Part shown: positions 14,166 to 25,738 of the stretch, in pieces
How the letters are laid out: each line of letters begins with the position of its first letter
Numbering within the stretch: the stretch's first letter is position 1
Assembly: GCA_047495785.1 (NCBI GenBank)
Contig: JBLDXI010000001.1
Coordinates: 2,356,001 to 2,420,000, forward strand
Reading direction: 5' to 3'
Length of the DNA stretch: 64,000 nt
Origin: Lepidodermella squamata
Taxonomy: Eukaryota > Animalia > Gastrotricha
Notes under the pieces: generated by a model
Database searches by the model: none
What the model saw: the letters and a program-made list of their open reading frames with translations, nothing else
Told to the model about the DNA's origin: nothing
Program-made: the position numbers and the translations under genes

Positions 14166-15087
14166 TTTATTTTCGTGAAGCTTAGGTAATATTATCAATT
14201 TTTTGGGTCGCAATCCCGAATATTTTTTATTTCTGCTGGCTGCGGCAACGTGAATTCAGGAGGCCGACTTTCCAGGCTGAACTCAGAATAGAATAAAAAA
14301 TTTGGATAGAGCATCATAGTGTGACTTTTTGACGCTAAAAAATACATACGTTCTCGAAAAAAATCGAAAAATTTATAGGGAGGATTTTATTAAATGCTTA
14401 CCAACCAAATTTTGAGAATATCTTTGATTTTTCTTTTCCTATTGACAAGCGCTATTTCGATAGAGAACGAATTGGGGAGCGATAATTCGAAAACCCCATG
14501 TTTTTATCACTCATGGTTACGGAGAAATTCCAGTGTGAAGTTGGTCACGTGACCTTACCTGATTTCACACCTGAGCGGTCATCTCGAAAACGGTGATAGC
14601 TAGGAAGCCGCTCTCAAAGAATAAGTTCATCAGCGTCATGAGATCTACCTAGAAATGCATTCAGTTTGGACACAAGCGAAAACCTAATCTATCTGTTTAT
14701 AATTTTTTTTAAATATATCTGGAACCAACTAGGAACCACCCCGAGCCCTCTCAATGAAAAAATGGTGGGTAATGTACAAAAAACTCTTAAAATTGTATAC
14801 AGGGAGCTTCTATTTACCGTGCAGCGATGTCGCTTCCTCGAAGTCAGCGATATAACACTACTTGGTTTCATCTGCCGTTGGTGTGAGCATGACTTTTTAA
14901 GAAAAAGAATAGCCCTGGTCCGTAAGATGAGCCATCATAACAATGCTCATCGACTCTAACAAGGCCCGAGTGCGTACGTGCTCTTTGCGCGTGAAACTGG
15001 GGTATTGACCCTCGTCAAACATCATAACCCAATTTTGAGATTGGGTAAACTGTCCACTTTCGTAGCGAACCTCTACGTTTTCGAAAA

Positions 15088-15516
15088 ATGGGCGTCTTCA
15101 CGACGACCGACAACAGCACTAACATTGTTGGATGGCTGATGATTATACTCGGCGTTATCACTTTAATCGGTCTCATTTTCATAATCGTCTACACGGTTGA
15201 TACAACCGGGGACGATGACTTCGTCGCCTCGACTACGCCTTCTCCAAGATACCTAGACGATAATTCAGACGAAACTGACCAAACGACAGTTGACCCGCGC
15301 GTCCCAAACTGGGTTACCCTGGGCGTTTTCGATCTCAAGCTGAATGAAGACGGCGAATGGGTTGCAATTTTCAGGAATCAACCGCCGACACTGAAAAACT
15401 TGGATGAAACGACAACATTACCAATGACAACCACGACGGATGAAGATTCAACGCTATCAACGGACACGGATTCAGGCGAAACGACGTTATTTCGATTAAA
15501 TCGAGATTCAATTTGA
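15088..15516 (+). CDS. Small single-pass membrane protein with Thr/Asp-rich region, unknown function
   Basis: Intronless 142-aa ATG ORF with the TM helix WLMIILGVITLIGLIFIIVYTV followed by an acidic/Thr-rich tail. Its 3' end recurs in decayed form at ~18470-18620. Confidence 0.6.
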   Translation: MGVFTTTDNSTNIVGWLMIILGVITLIGLIFIIVYTVDTTGDDDFVASTTPSPRYLDDNSDETDQTTVDPRVPNWVTLGVFDLKLNEDGEWVAIFRNQPPTLKNLDETTTLPMTTTTDEDSTLSTDTDSGETTLFRLNRDSI

Positions 15517-15726
15517 GATCGAAGCAAGCAGTGTACCAAAGCATTTCAAAGAACTGGATTATGAAGCTGTTAACATCTGTGTAACATCTGCTTAACGAGA
15601 CTCACGTTGCGAAATAAAATTAACTTACATCAATGATTGACATATGGGACAGTTGAAAGGTTAATTAGACGAAACTACGAAGGTTTTGTTTTGAGCTTCT
15701 CTTTTGCATTCGAAGAAAATTCGCAC

Positions 15727-17882
15727 ATGGAGAAAACTGCTTGTTCGATTTTAGCATTGCTGATTGTACTAATACTCGGAAGCTCGGCGGATGAGATCAA
15801 TCCATGTGGGAAAGTTTCGGTACAGATTATTTTGATTTCTGGAAAAATAGAAAACCTCACCTTTGGATTGCCTTAATGTAGATTGCTAAGCTGAATTGCC
15901 GTCTGGCTGTTGCGATCGAACTCGGAGATAAGGAAGCTGTTAAGAATAGGAATTTTTGTCTCAACATATCGACAGATGATTTGGCAGATAAAATTCGGTT
16001 CAAGGCTGTCTACGAGCAGTGTCTCCCGAATATCACCAGCCTGCACCGCGCTGTTCTTCAGAACTCTTCAATTTCCGTAGTTAAGCCGCTGATCACAAAT
16101 CCTGAAGATGTTACTGCGGTTGAACCTTTGCTACGCCGGACGCCAGTGATGATCGCAATTCAACGCAACAATACCGAGGTGGCCAAATTACTCTTCGGCA
16201 TCATATTCGATCGAGCAATTTGTCATATTTCGACGGCGGTAAAGCGCTGAAAGAATCGGCTAAACTCAGAAACGTGGAGCTGTTGGAAATACTGCTGAAC
16301 AACGGCGTCGACGTAAATGCCAGGGATGAAGAAAACTTGACGGCTTTGGATATTTCGGCCGAAATAGGAGACATGCGAGGTGTGAAGCTGCTGCTCGATC
16401 GGAACGCTTCTATGGGACCTCCACGGGAATCTGCGCTTTTTGCAGCCATCGACAATAAGCATTTCGCGGTGGCAGATTTTCTGATTTCACGAGGTGCCAA
16501 ACTGCTGCCATGGTGGCTCGTCGCGGGTGTCCAGTTCAATATAAATATAGACTCGGTGCGATACCTCTTAGATCGTGGCGCATCGGTCAACTACAAAGGC
16601 TTTTTTGGCTTCACGGCTCTTGACATGGCGATTTTACAAAACTCAACCGAGATCGCTAAGCTTTTGCTCGCCAAAGGAGCAGATGTCAACGCAGTCAATC
16701 CATATTTCCCCAGCGAAACCCCGTTACGCAATGCATGGCGCAATGATAGAACCGGAATTGTTAAACTTTTACTTGAAAATGGAGCTAATGCGACGGAATT
16801 TGCGATCCTATCGATGCCTGCTACAACAACAACGACTGTTCCTAGAACAACAATTCATCCTAATGTAACCTTTTTATATTCTTCAGTTCCTAATACCTGT
16901 ATTTCCATTTTTCAACCAGATGCAGAAGTTCCTGGACTACGCAGTTAATGGAAGCATCGCCGACGTGAAAGAAATGCTAGCCACTGGCGAAATAAACACT
17001 AGGGATGGCCTCAAATTCGTCATCGAGCTCAATGCCTCAAGTGATGTAGTTCGGCATCTAATCTCTAGGCTTGGTCGAGTTAACATAACCGATGCTGAGC
17101 TTCTTATGGCTGTACATAACGGCAACTTGGCAGTCGTTGAAACTTTATTCGAAGCCGGGGCTAATGCAAGCTATCCATCTGCACTCTGGTCGGCGGTGTT
17201 TCGAAATAATTTTGCTATGACTGAGCTTATTTTGAGTCAGCAATCGTTCCGCAGTACGCCCCTCTATGAAATCAACAAATCCCATACAATGGCAGACGTA
17301 GAGTCTGCAGCAATTTTCGAACTGCTTCTTAACAAAACAGATCTGATCGTGAATTTCACTACTGTTGACACGCCCTTGATTTCTGCGGCAAGATTTGGAC
17401 AAATGCAGGCTTTGCGGTTGCTGCTGAAGCGTGGCGCGAACTTGACAGACGTCGGTCTATGTGGACACTCGGCATTGACAGCTGCTGCGAGGAACGGCCA
17501 CTTGGAGGCGGCTGAAGAGCTCATAAAAGCTGGCAGTGATGTCAACTGGAGAATGGCTGATGGCGAAATTGCTCTCCACTACGCTGCGTTCAACGGCAGG
17601 GTCGAAATGGCGAAACTTCTGCTCGACCACGGCGCCGATGTTGAGGCTCGCGACCGAATAGGTCGAACTCCTTTCGCATGGGCATCAATGCTTGGCAAAC
17701 ATGAAATGGCTGAATTTCTTCGTTCCAGAGGGGCCCAGTTGGTTGAAGGGCTCGAAGAGCAAAACGTTTCTGTGTCCGACTTTGCCTGGAGTTACAAAAA
17801 TAAAGAAGTCTCCAAAAATTACGGAGTGGTCTTTTCGTCGGGAAAGCTGAAGAAGAAAACCTGCCTGGCGATGATCCATTGA
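15727..17882 (+). pseudogene. Signal-peptide ankyrin-repeat protein, tandem paralog A; frameshifted at ~16204
   Basis: Exon 1 (15727-15819) encodes the signal peptide MEKTACSILALLIVLILGSSA. Exons 15882-16864 and 16920-17882 encode ANK repeats with a Thr-rich linker. Relative to paralog B there is a 2-nt insertion (atcATattcga vs atcattcga), giving a stop at 16248-16250. It could be a pseudogene, a null allele or an assembly error. Confidence 0.75.
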
Positions 17883-18820
17883 ATTTTCGATTGTTTTTTT
17901 TTTGCTGCTTACACCCCGATTTTTTGTTAAGCTTTTAATTAATTTGCCTTTACTTTGCAATGGTTTAACTAAATCGATGTTTTAAATAAATAAAATTGTT
18001 TTTCCCCTTCACTGGCTATCTTTGGAAAGTGATGTTTTCAATCAGAGTACGTAGAGAGTTGAATAGTTCTAGGAGTCTCAGATAACAATCTTCTGACTGC
18101 TGAGCCTGTAAACGCCGACATATCGTTAGCAACATATCGGCACCATAACTCCGCTGAATAACTCCGATTTACGGTTGTTTATGTCAGTTTGAAGGTGACA
18201 AATCTTGTTTTGCCTCTTTAAAAACGTTAAAAAAGCCGCTTTTCACTTGCCACGGATGTAAACAAGCCTAATTCGATACTAACGAGTCTTATTGATATGG
18301 TTCATGATTCAGCATCAAAGTGGTTGGAAAATTAATAAAAAAATATAGGATTGCCCATTCCCGATGATTTCTTTCCATAAATAGCTACAATATTAAAAAA
18401 AAACCCGATGGTTCCAGACTGCAGACGGTCCTCTGAAAAAATGAACACGATTGTTATTTTTTATTTTAGATTAATGACAGCCTTGATTGATAACGGTTCT
18501 ACACTATCAACTGACACAGATTCAGGTGAAGACAGCGAAACCATGCTACATATTTCGATTAAACCGAGAGTGATGTTGAACTTGACCCTTGATTTTCATG
18601 CGACCGAAGCAGTAGCCTAGGAATTTTCAAGAACTGGCTTATCAAGTTGTTACATCCCCACTCTGTGTAACATCTGTCTGACGAGGCTCATTTTGGGAAA
18701 TAACTTGGGATCGACATCTGCCTCATGTGTGACAGTTTTCCAGGTTAAGAGGCTAGTAGGGCGCAGGTATGAAGATTGTATTCCAGATAACTCTCTTTGT
18801 ATTCGCAAAGCCTAGTCAGA

Positions 18821-20933
18821 ATGAGGAAAACGGCGGTTATCCATATAGCTTGTTCAACCTTAGCTTTGTTGACTGCACTTAGCTTCGAGAGCACGGCAGA
18901 TTCCATTCAGACATGTGAAAACGCAACGGTAGATGATTTTGGATTGCCGGATATCTTCACTTAGATTTATTTCAAAACAGATTGCAGAGTTGAATTGCCG
19001 TCTGGCTGTTACGATCGATCTTGGTGATGAGGAAGCCTTTAAGAAGGAACAAAGCTGTCTCAACTTATCGAAAATCGAGTTGGCTGACAAAAACCGCTTC
19101 CAAGCCACCTACGAGCAATGTCTACCGAAGATTACAAGCCTGCACCGCGCTGTTCTTCAGAACTCTTCAATTACCGTAATAGAGTCGCTGATCGGCAACT
19201 CGGCAGGTGTGGATTCGATCGAGCCTTTGATACGTCGAACGCCTCTGGAAATCGCAATTCAACGCAACAATACCGAGGTGGCCAAATTACTCTTCGACAT
19301 CATTCGATCGAGCAATTTGTCAAATTTCCACGGCGGTAAAGCGCTGAAAGAATCAGCCAAAGTCTGCAACGTCGAACTGTTGGAAATGCTGTTGAACAAC
19401 GGCGTCGACGTGAATGCCACGGACGAAGCAAACTTGACGGCTTTGGTTTTTTCGGCTGAAAAGGGAGACTTGCGAGCTGTGAAGTTGATCCTCGATCGGA
19501 ATGCTTCCATCGAAAGACAGGCGCTTAAAGCAGCGATATCGAATCAGCATTTCGATGCGGCGGATTTTCTTATTGGACGAGGTGCCAAGCTGCTGCCATG
19601 GTGGCTCCCTTTTTTCGCCGACTCGAATCTTACCGAATCGGTGCGATACCTCTTAGATCACGGCGTCTCTGTCAATCACAAAACAACCCTCGACTTTACA
19701 GCTCTTCACATGGCTGCTTGGCACGGCTTTGTTGAACTCATTCAACTGTTACTGGCAAGAGGGGCGAATGTCAATGCAGTGACTTATTTCGGATCAACCC
19801 CGTTATACAGTGCATGGCTTAACGGTAAAACGGATGCTATGAAAATTTTACTTGAAAATGGAGCTAATGCGACGGAATTTGCGATCCTTTCGATGCCTAC
19901 CACCACTACAACGGCTGCTCCCAGTACTACACTCCATCCTAATGTGACCTTATTCCTTATCATCTACTTCATCTACTTCATTTCCTGTATTTTCATTTTC
20001 AAACAGATGCAGAGGTTCTTGGACTATGCCGTCAATGGAAGCATTGCTGGCGTGGAGGAAATGCTGGACAATGGCGAAATCCATCCTAGTGATGCTCTCT
20101 TCTCCGCCATCCAGTTCAACGCCACCGGCAATGTAGTTAGGTATATACTCTCCACCAGACATGGTCAAGTTCACATAAGCGCCACTTCTCTTCTTTATCC
20201 TGTGAAAAACGGCAACTTGGCAGTCGTTGAGGCTCTATTCGAAGCTGGGGCCGATGCGAGTTACCCATCAGTACTTTGGTCGGCAGTATTTCGAAATGAT
20301 TTCGCTATGGCTCGGCTAATTTTGAGTCAGCCATCGTTTCGTATAACGCCCCTCCATGAAATCGACAAAGTCGTTACAATGGCAGCCATAAAGGGTGGAG
20401 CTGTATTTGAACTGCTTCTTAACAAAACTGGTAATCTGAACTTGAATTTAACCTCTGGTGACACGATATTGGTTTCTGCGGCAAGATTTGGACGAATGGA
20501 GGCTTTGCGGTTGTTGCTGAAGCGAGGCGCCAACTTGACTGAGGTCGGTCTATGTGGACACTCAGCACTGACAGCTGCTGCGAGGAACGGTCACTTGGAA
20601 GCGGCTGAGGAGCTCATAAAAGCTGGAAGTGATGTCAACTGGAGAATGGATGATGGCGAAACTGCTCTGCACTACGCTGCGTTTAACGGCACAGTCGAAA
20701 TTGCCAAACTGTTGCTTGATCACGGCGCCGATGTTGAAGCACGCGATTGCACTGGTCGAACTCCTCTCGCATGGGCATCAATGCTTGGCAAATATGAAAT
20801 GGCTGAATTTCTTCGTTCCAGAGGGGCTCGATTTCTTGATGGGTATAATTCAGGGCGAACCATGTCTGTGTTCGAATTCGCGGCGAGCTATGAACATTCG
20901 AAGATGTTTACCTGCCTGAAACTCTTCTACTGA
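18821..20933 (+). CDS. Secreted ankyrin-repeat protein, tandem paralog B (intact)
   Basis: Exon 1 (18821-18928) reads MRKTAVIHIACSTLALLTALSFESTA (signal-like). Exons 18981-19943 and 20007-20933 encode more than 12 ANK repeats (e.g. GETALHYAAFNGTVEIAKLLLDHGADVEARD) with a central TTTTTAAPSTT linker and many N-x-S/T sequons. Confidence 0.85.
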
Positions 20934-21695
20934 ACTTTCTATCTTTCTTTCTTTGCTGTTTATTCAAAAATGTTTTGTTTTACTTTGCCTGTACTTCGCA
21001 TTGTTTCAACTGTATCGCAGTGCTTCATTTGAGTAAAACTTTCATTGCCGTTCTCCGGTAGTAAGAAAGACTTCGAAAGACTCCTGAAAGACTGTTTTTC
21101 CACCTGAGAAAATTCAGCATCGAGTGATTAGAGAAGTAGATAATATGCAGAATATCTGTTACCGGAACCAAATTTACGGTTTGTGGAACCTAGATTTCTG
21201 CCGCGGAACCATATTTGCTGTAGCGGAACCAAATGTTCATATTGCAGAACGTTATAGCTCGGATCTTCATTTAAATCCTTTGAGCGAAATTGGAAATATT
21301 CTTTCTGATTTTCTGAAATTGCCTGGGAACCCAGATCCACCTTCGACTGTAGTTTGAAAGATCGTGAGGCATCAGTTTGACTTCTCAAGATATCACAGAA
21401 AATCATAGCTGAGAAAAATTAGGTCCAGCTTAAAATTTCAACTTTATCGGTTAATTTTATTCTCATTTGATGAAGAAGACGATAAAATTCATGGCACAAA
21501 GCTGTCAAAAATAGGAAAAATCACTTAGATCATCAGCAGTCGGTTTTCAAATTATAATAACTTATTCTCGGAGACAAAGGAGAAAACAATTAAAAAACAA
21601 TTATAACACGAAATATTTAAATGATAAATAATAATAAAGCAACAAACTAAAATTTGAGCTAAGGTTATTTTTTTTTTCGAAAAATTCGCCTCCGC

Positions 21696-24600
21696 TCACC
21701 ATAGATAGCACTTCTCCCTGCGATTCATCGTCGTCACGCTGCCACATTTGAACGCTCGAGCGAAATCGTCAGAATTCGCCAGCGTTCCAACAACTCTAAC
21801 AGCCGAAGGCGAATGAGCCGACATGTACACCTGATTCCGCAGCGCCTCTTTCGTCAGCAACGTGCAATAAGTCTGAGCGAATGACAAATAGAACAATTGG
21901 TCTGAATTAAGGTCCAGACCAGGCAGTTTCGCATCGACGCCGCCGATTTGACCTAGCTTTTGAGCAGTTTTATACGCGAGGAACGCAGATCTCAACCCGC
22001 TGCTATCCGCAAGATTTTCGCCCAAAGTTTGCCGGCCGTCAATGCGGTTCGAGTCGATAGTATAGGAATTGTACTGCTTAACAAAGCATTGAGTGTGATT
22101 TCTAAAAGTTGTGTACGTAATCGGCGACCACCAGTTTTTGATATTTCCAGCGCCGTCGAAAGCTTGACCCCTATCATCGAACGCATGAGTGATTTCATGG
22201 CCGGCCATGACGCCTAAAGATCCGTAACTCAACGCCTCAGGTAGGCCTTTCGTCAGGTAGAAAAATGGTTCATGCAATAGAGCAGCCGCGACAAAAATCG
22301 TGTTCTGGGTAACTTCGTATAGGCCATTAACGGTTTGGGGCGTTAACGACCATCGATTCACGTCAGGTTTCTGGCGGTAAGACCGTAGCGTGACTCGGAT
22401 TGAGTGGTTGTAGAAGTTGAATAAATTAGCCGTGTGGTCGGTGTTGGTGATTGTGAAGTTGATGTAATTTTCGTCGACGTAACTGCTGTTTCGGAGCCAG
22501 TCCGGGTACGCGACATCCATAGCGAGGTCGTCGAGTTTACCTAGGGCATTCGTTCGCGTCCAACCGTCCATCCATACGGCGTTTGAGATCAGTTGGCGAT
22601 AAGAGGATTTGACGTTGTTGACTAATTCAAGTGCCTAAATCGAAAAAAATCGGAAACAAGAGTATTAAAAAAATAGGAATTCAGTGAGGCAAAACCTCAA
22701 TTCCTAAAATTTGAACGACAAATTTCGAAAAAAAATTAATTCCGAAAATTTCAAAAATTAATAATTTCATATTTAAAAATCTCAAATTTCAAATTTTCAT
22801 AACTTCAAAATTCAAAAATTTCGAAAATTTAATTATTGAAAAAATCAAAACTAAGCAATAAGGCGAATCTTAACTTTTATATTTGCCTTTTATCGAATCC
22901 AAAATATTCAGATGGATCTCAAAAAAATTAAATAAAAATCGAGCGTTATTCATGGGAGAATGAATTCCGGAAATTTTCAAGTTAAAAAGCTCTTAGCTTA
23001 CCTTTTGCTTTTGATTATCAGGAGAGAACCGATCCAAGTACATTTTGCCGAGAGCAACTCCCAACTTTTGATTAGTATCACCCAAGCAATCCAGCCACGG
23101 CTCAGGCTGGCCACGATTGCCGCTGTAAACCGTCAGAAATTTAGTATAAGCCGTCTTGAAGTCGCTACCCATCCGCGGGGCATAAGTCGAAACAGCCAGT
23201 AGTACAATATAGTTCTGCAGGGTTTTCACGCCAGCCGGGGTCGCAAGGTACGAGTCGAGGAGGGATGCCAAACTCTTGAAGTACGGAAAATCGAGGACAA
23301 TAACATTTTCCTCCAGCGAAAAATCGACGTTCAACCCAATGCCGGTGTAGAGGTTTGTCAAGAAGCGGTCCCATTTGATGTAACTAGCATTGCCGTACAG
23401 GTATTTCAACGGCATTTCTCGGTACAAATACGTCACGCTTCGCCGGTCAATTTGCGAAGAATGAATCGCGGCTAATTTTTGCTCGAGTAACACAACGTCT
23501 TGAATCGCTTTTGTATCAACATTTTTTGACCCAGTTATCGACTGGACAAAGGTTGTTAGCTTTTGAATATAAGCCACCATAACCGGGTCTTGAGTCAACG
23601 ATTTGTTGAGGTAGAAATCTCGGGTGTTCAAACCGAGACCCAATCGGCCCCGGTCCAGGAATAAAACATTCCGCGACGTGTTGTAGTAGTCAGGCGTGAC
23701 TCCGATCAAGAAAATGCCGTTCATTGTATAGCGGCTTCGTTTGATAACCGCGTCCTCGAACGAAAATTTCGTCGTGTCAAAGGTTGAATTTTCAAACGCG
23801 AAACCGCCCAGCTCGTCGACCATCTGCCGTAGTCGCGTCACGCCTCGCAGCTCCGTCGTCACGGTGTTTAAACACGCCTGGTAATAGGCGCGAACTTTTT
23901 TAATCACCGGGTCGTCGGTGGTTAGCGGCTTTTCAATGACAGTTTTGAGTTGTTTCATGATGACAGCTTCGCGTTTTGTAAATTGTGTCGTCATTTTTTT
24001 GCCGACGGGGATTTCTTCGAGTTGCGCAAAACCGCCGCATGCGTAGTCGTAGAAATTCACGCATGGATCAGCTGTGACGTTCATTGAGGCGATAATGCGA
24101 CCAGCGGTTCGGATACACTCCGTACTAGTACATAACGATGATTTCCTCGCTAAATAAAAATTTTAAATAATTAGTTTAATAACAAAAAAACTCCTCCTTA
24201 ATAAAATTTTCCCGTGAAATTTTCAATTTTTCAGCCATTTAAAAAAAATCTAATTTTTTTAGTTAAATTAAAAAATCTGAATCTAAATTTTTTTAAATAT
24301 TATATAATTGTTTCCCTTGACCCGGACAACTTGGAAATAAATTAAAATTATGAAAATTGGTATTTCAGAAAATTAAGAAAAAAGTACAATTTTTAGCTTA
24401 AAAATTAAAAAATGACCAAAACTCACCATTTGTTTTAGAAGCGATACTGAGAGATATCGATAGCATTAAAATGGTGAGTAATAGAATAAGGATAGGTGTG
24501 ATGTATACGACAGCTTTCAGCCATTGCTGCTTGTGGTCCCACCATTGCCGGGTCGTGTAATAAGCGTACCATAACCGGCTAAATTTACTAGTTTTGTAGG

Positions 24601-24724
24601 TCAAATCCGGCTCGGAAACGTTGAAATTTGTATCGAGACCAGCGGTTGTTGTTGTTCCCGGTGGATTTCGGGCATTACCACTCCCTACAAAGCTGGTACC
24701 AAGTGGGTACTGGTCACCTACCAT
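21696..24724 (-). CDS. Neprilysin/endothelin-converting-enzyme-like metallopeptidase (M13), type II membrane protein
   Basis: Exons 24724-24427 (cytoplasmic tail plus TM), 24149-~23001 and ~22634-21696. Motifs CxxxxC..DPCVNFYDYACG, VNGLY, HEITH zinc motif, GENLAD, HSP..RV and terminal CYLW. Confidence 0.93.
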
Positions 24725-25738
24725 TTTTCAAATAAATCCTATATATTCGAAATCAAGAGTAGACAATGCAGATTCAGGTCATTAGCGTAATGATAACGAT
24801 GACTAAAAACACGTTGTTGTAAATAATAAGAATTTTGCTGATAATTAACAACAAATTTCCTGAAATATTTGAATGGCCGGAGTATAATTAGGGTCATTCA
24901 TATATATATATCCGGTCGCTGTTTTTTATTACGAACATAGCCCTGCGTTGTCATAAGTCGGTATTCATCGCTATACATAGTACATCGGTATGCGACTACA
25001 AGTTGTGTCTCCCGAAAAGCGCACGCTTGTTTGCCGTTATTTTTTTACGCGCGCTTGCTTTATGCGCGCGAAACAATTATGTAGCGTGCGAGCAGAGCGC
25101 GGCGCAACAAAACAAGTCGCGCGCGCGCGCGCGCATGGAAATAAGCCGGGATCGGTGCGGCGTTATTATAGCCTGTTATCAAAAGCGCTGCTTTTTGCGG
25201 CCTTGGCGCAGCAGTCACCTTTTGCTGTCACGCTGCATATGCCAAGTCGCTATGTCGTAACTTTGCCGTGTCTTGTAGCCCCTTGATAAAGTAACCGACC
25301 TGCTCTAGAGCCTGCCTTAATGGGTTGCTCAAGCCAGAAAAGTGATACTAAATTTTACCGGAGGAAGGATGAAGTAATGCATCGAAACCATACACACCGG
25401 GTACAATTTTTTGAAAGGAAAACATAACAGTTTGGCTTCAAAGAAAATACATACCTAATTTGATCTGGTAAATCGGCCTAGAACCTTCACTCCAGGACTT
25501 GATGCAATCATTGCGAATTAGTAAAAAATGTTAAGCAAGGATTAGAATAAAACGTTACGTAAGGCAATCAGTCCCGATTCATTAGAATATGCTCGAGATT
25601 ATTGCTAAGCAAAAAAAAAATCAAACCGATTTTTTTCTTTCATGATTTTTATTTTTATGATTTTTTATTACCATCAACCAGCGCACACATTTTTTTCTCC
25701 ATTACTACGAGAAGATGAATCATCATTGAAGCTGTTTT

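Larger units (their letters stand above)
15440..21010 (+). repeat. Tandem segmental duplication: ~15440-17990 vs ~18490-21010
   Basis: Both units contain the STLSTDTDSGE-coding end of the membrane-protein gene, shared intergenic sequence (ttcaa(a)gaactgg..tctgtgtaacatctg) and a complete ankyrin gene with the same intron positions. Confidence 0.85.

Noticed and set aside
18408-18620. Independent small gene
   Set aside because: It is the decayed duplicate of the 3' end of the 15088-15516 gene within the tandem duplication.
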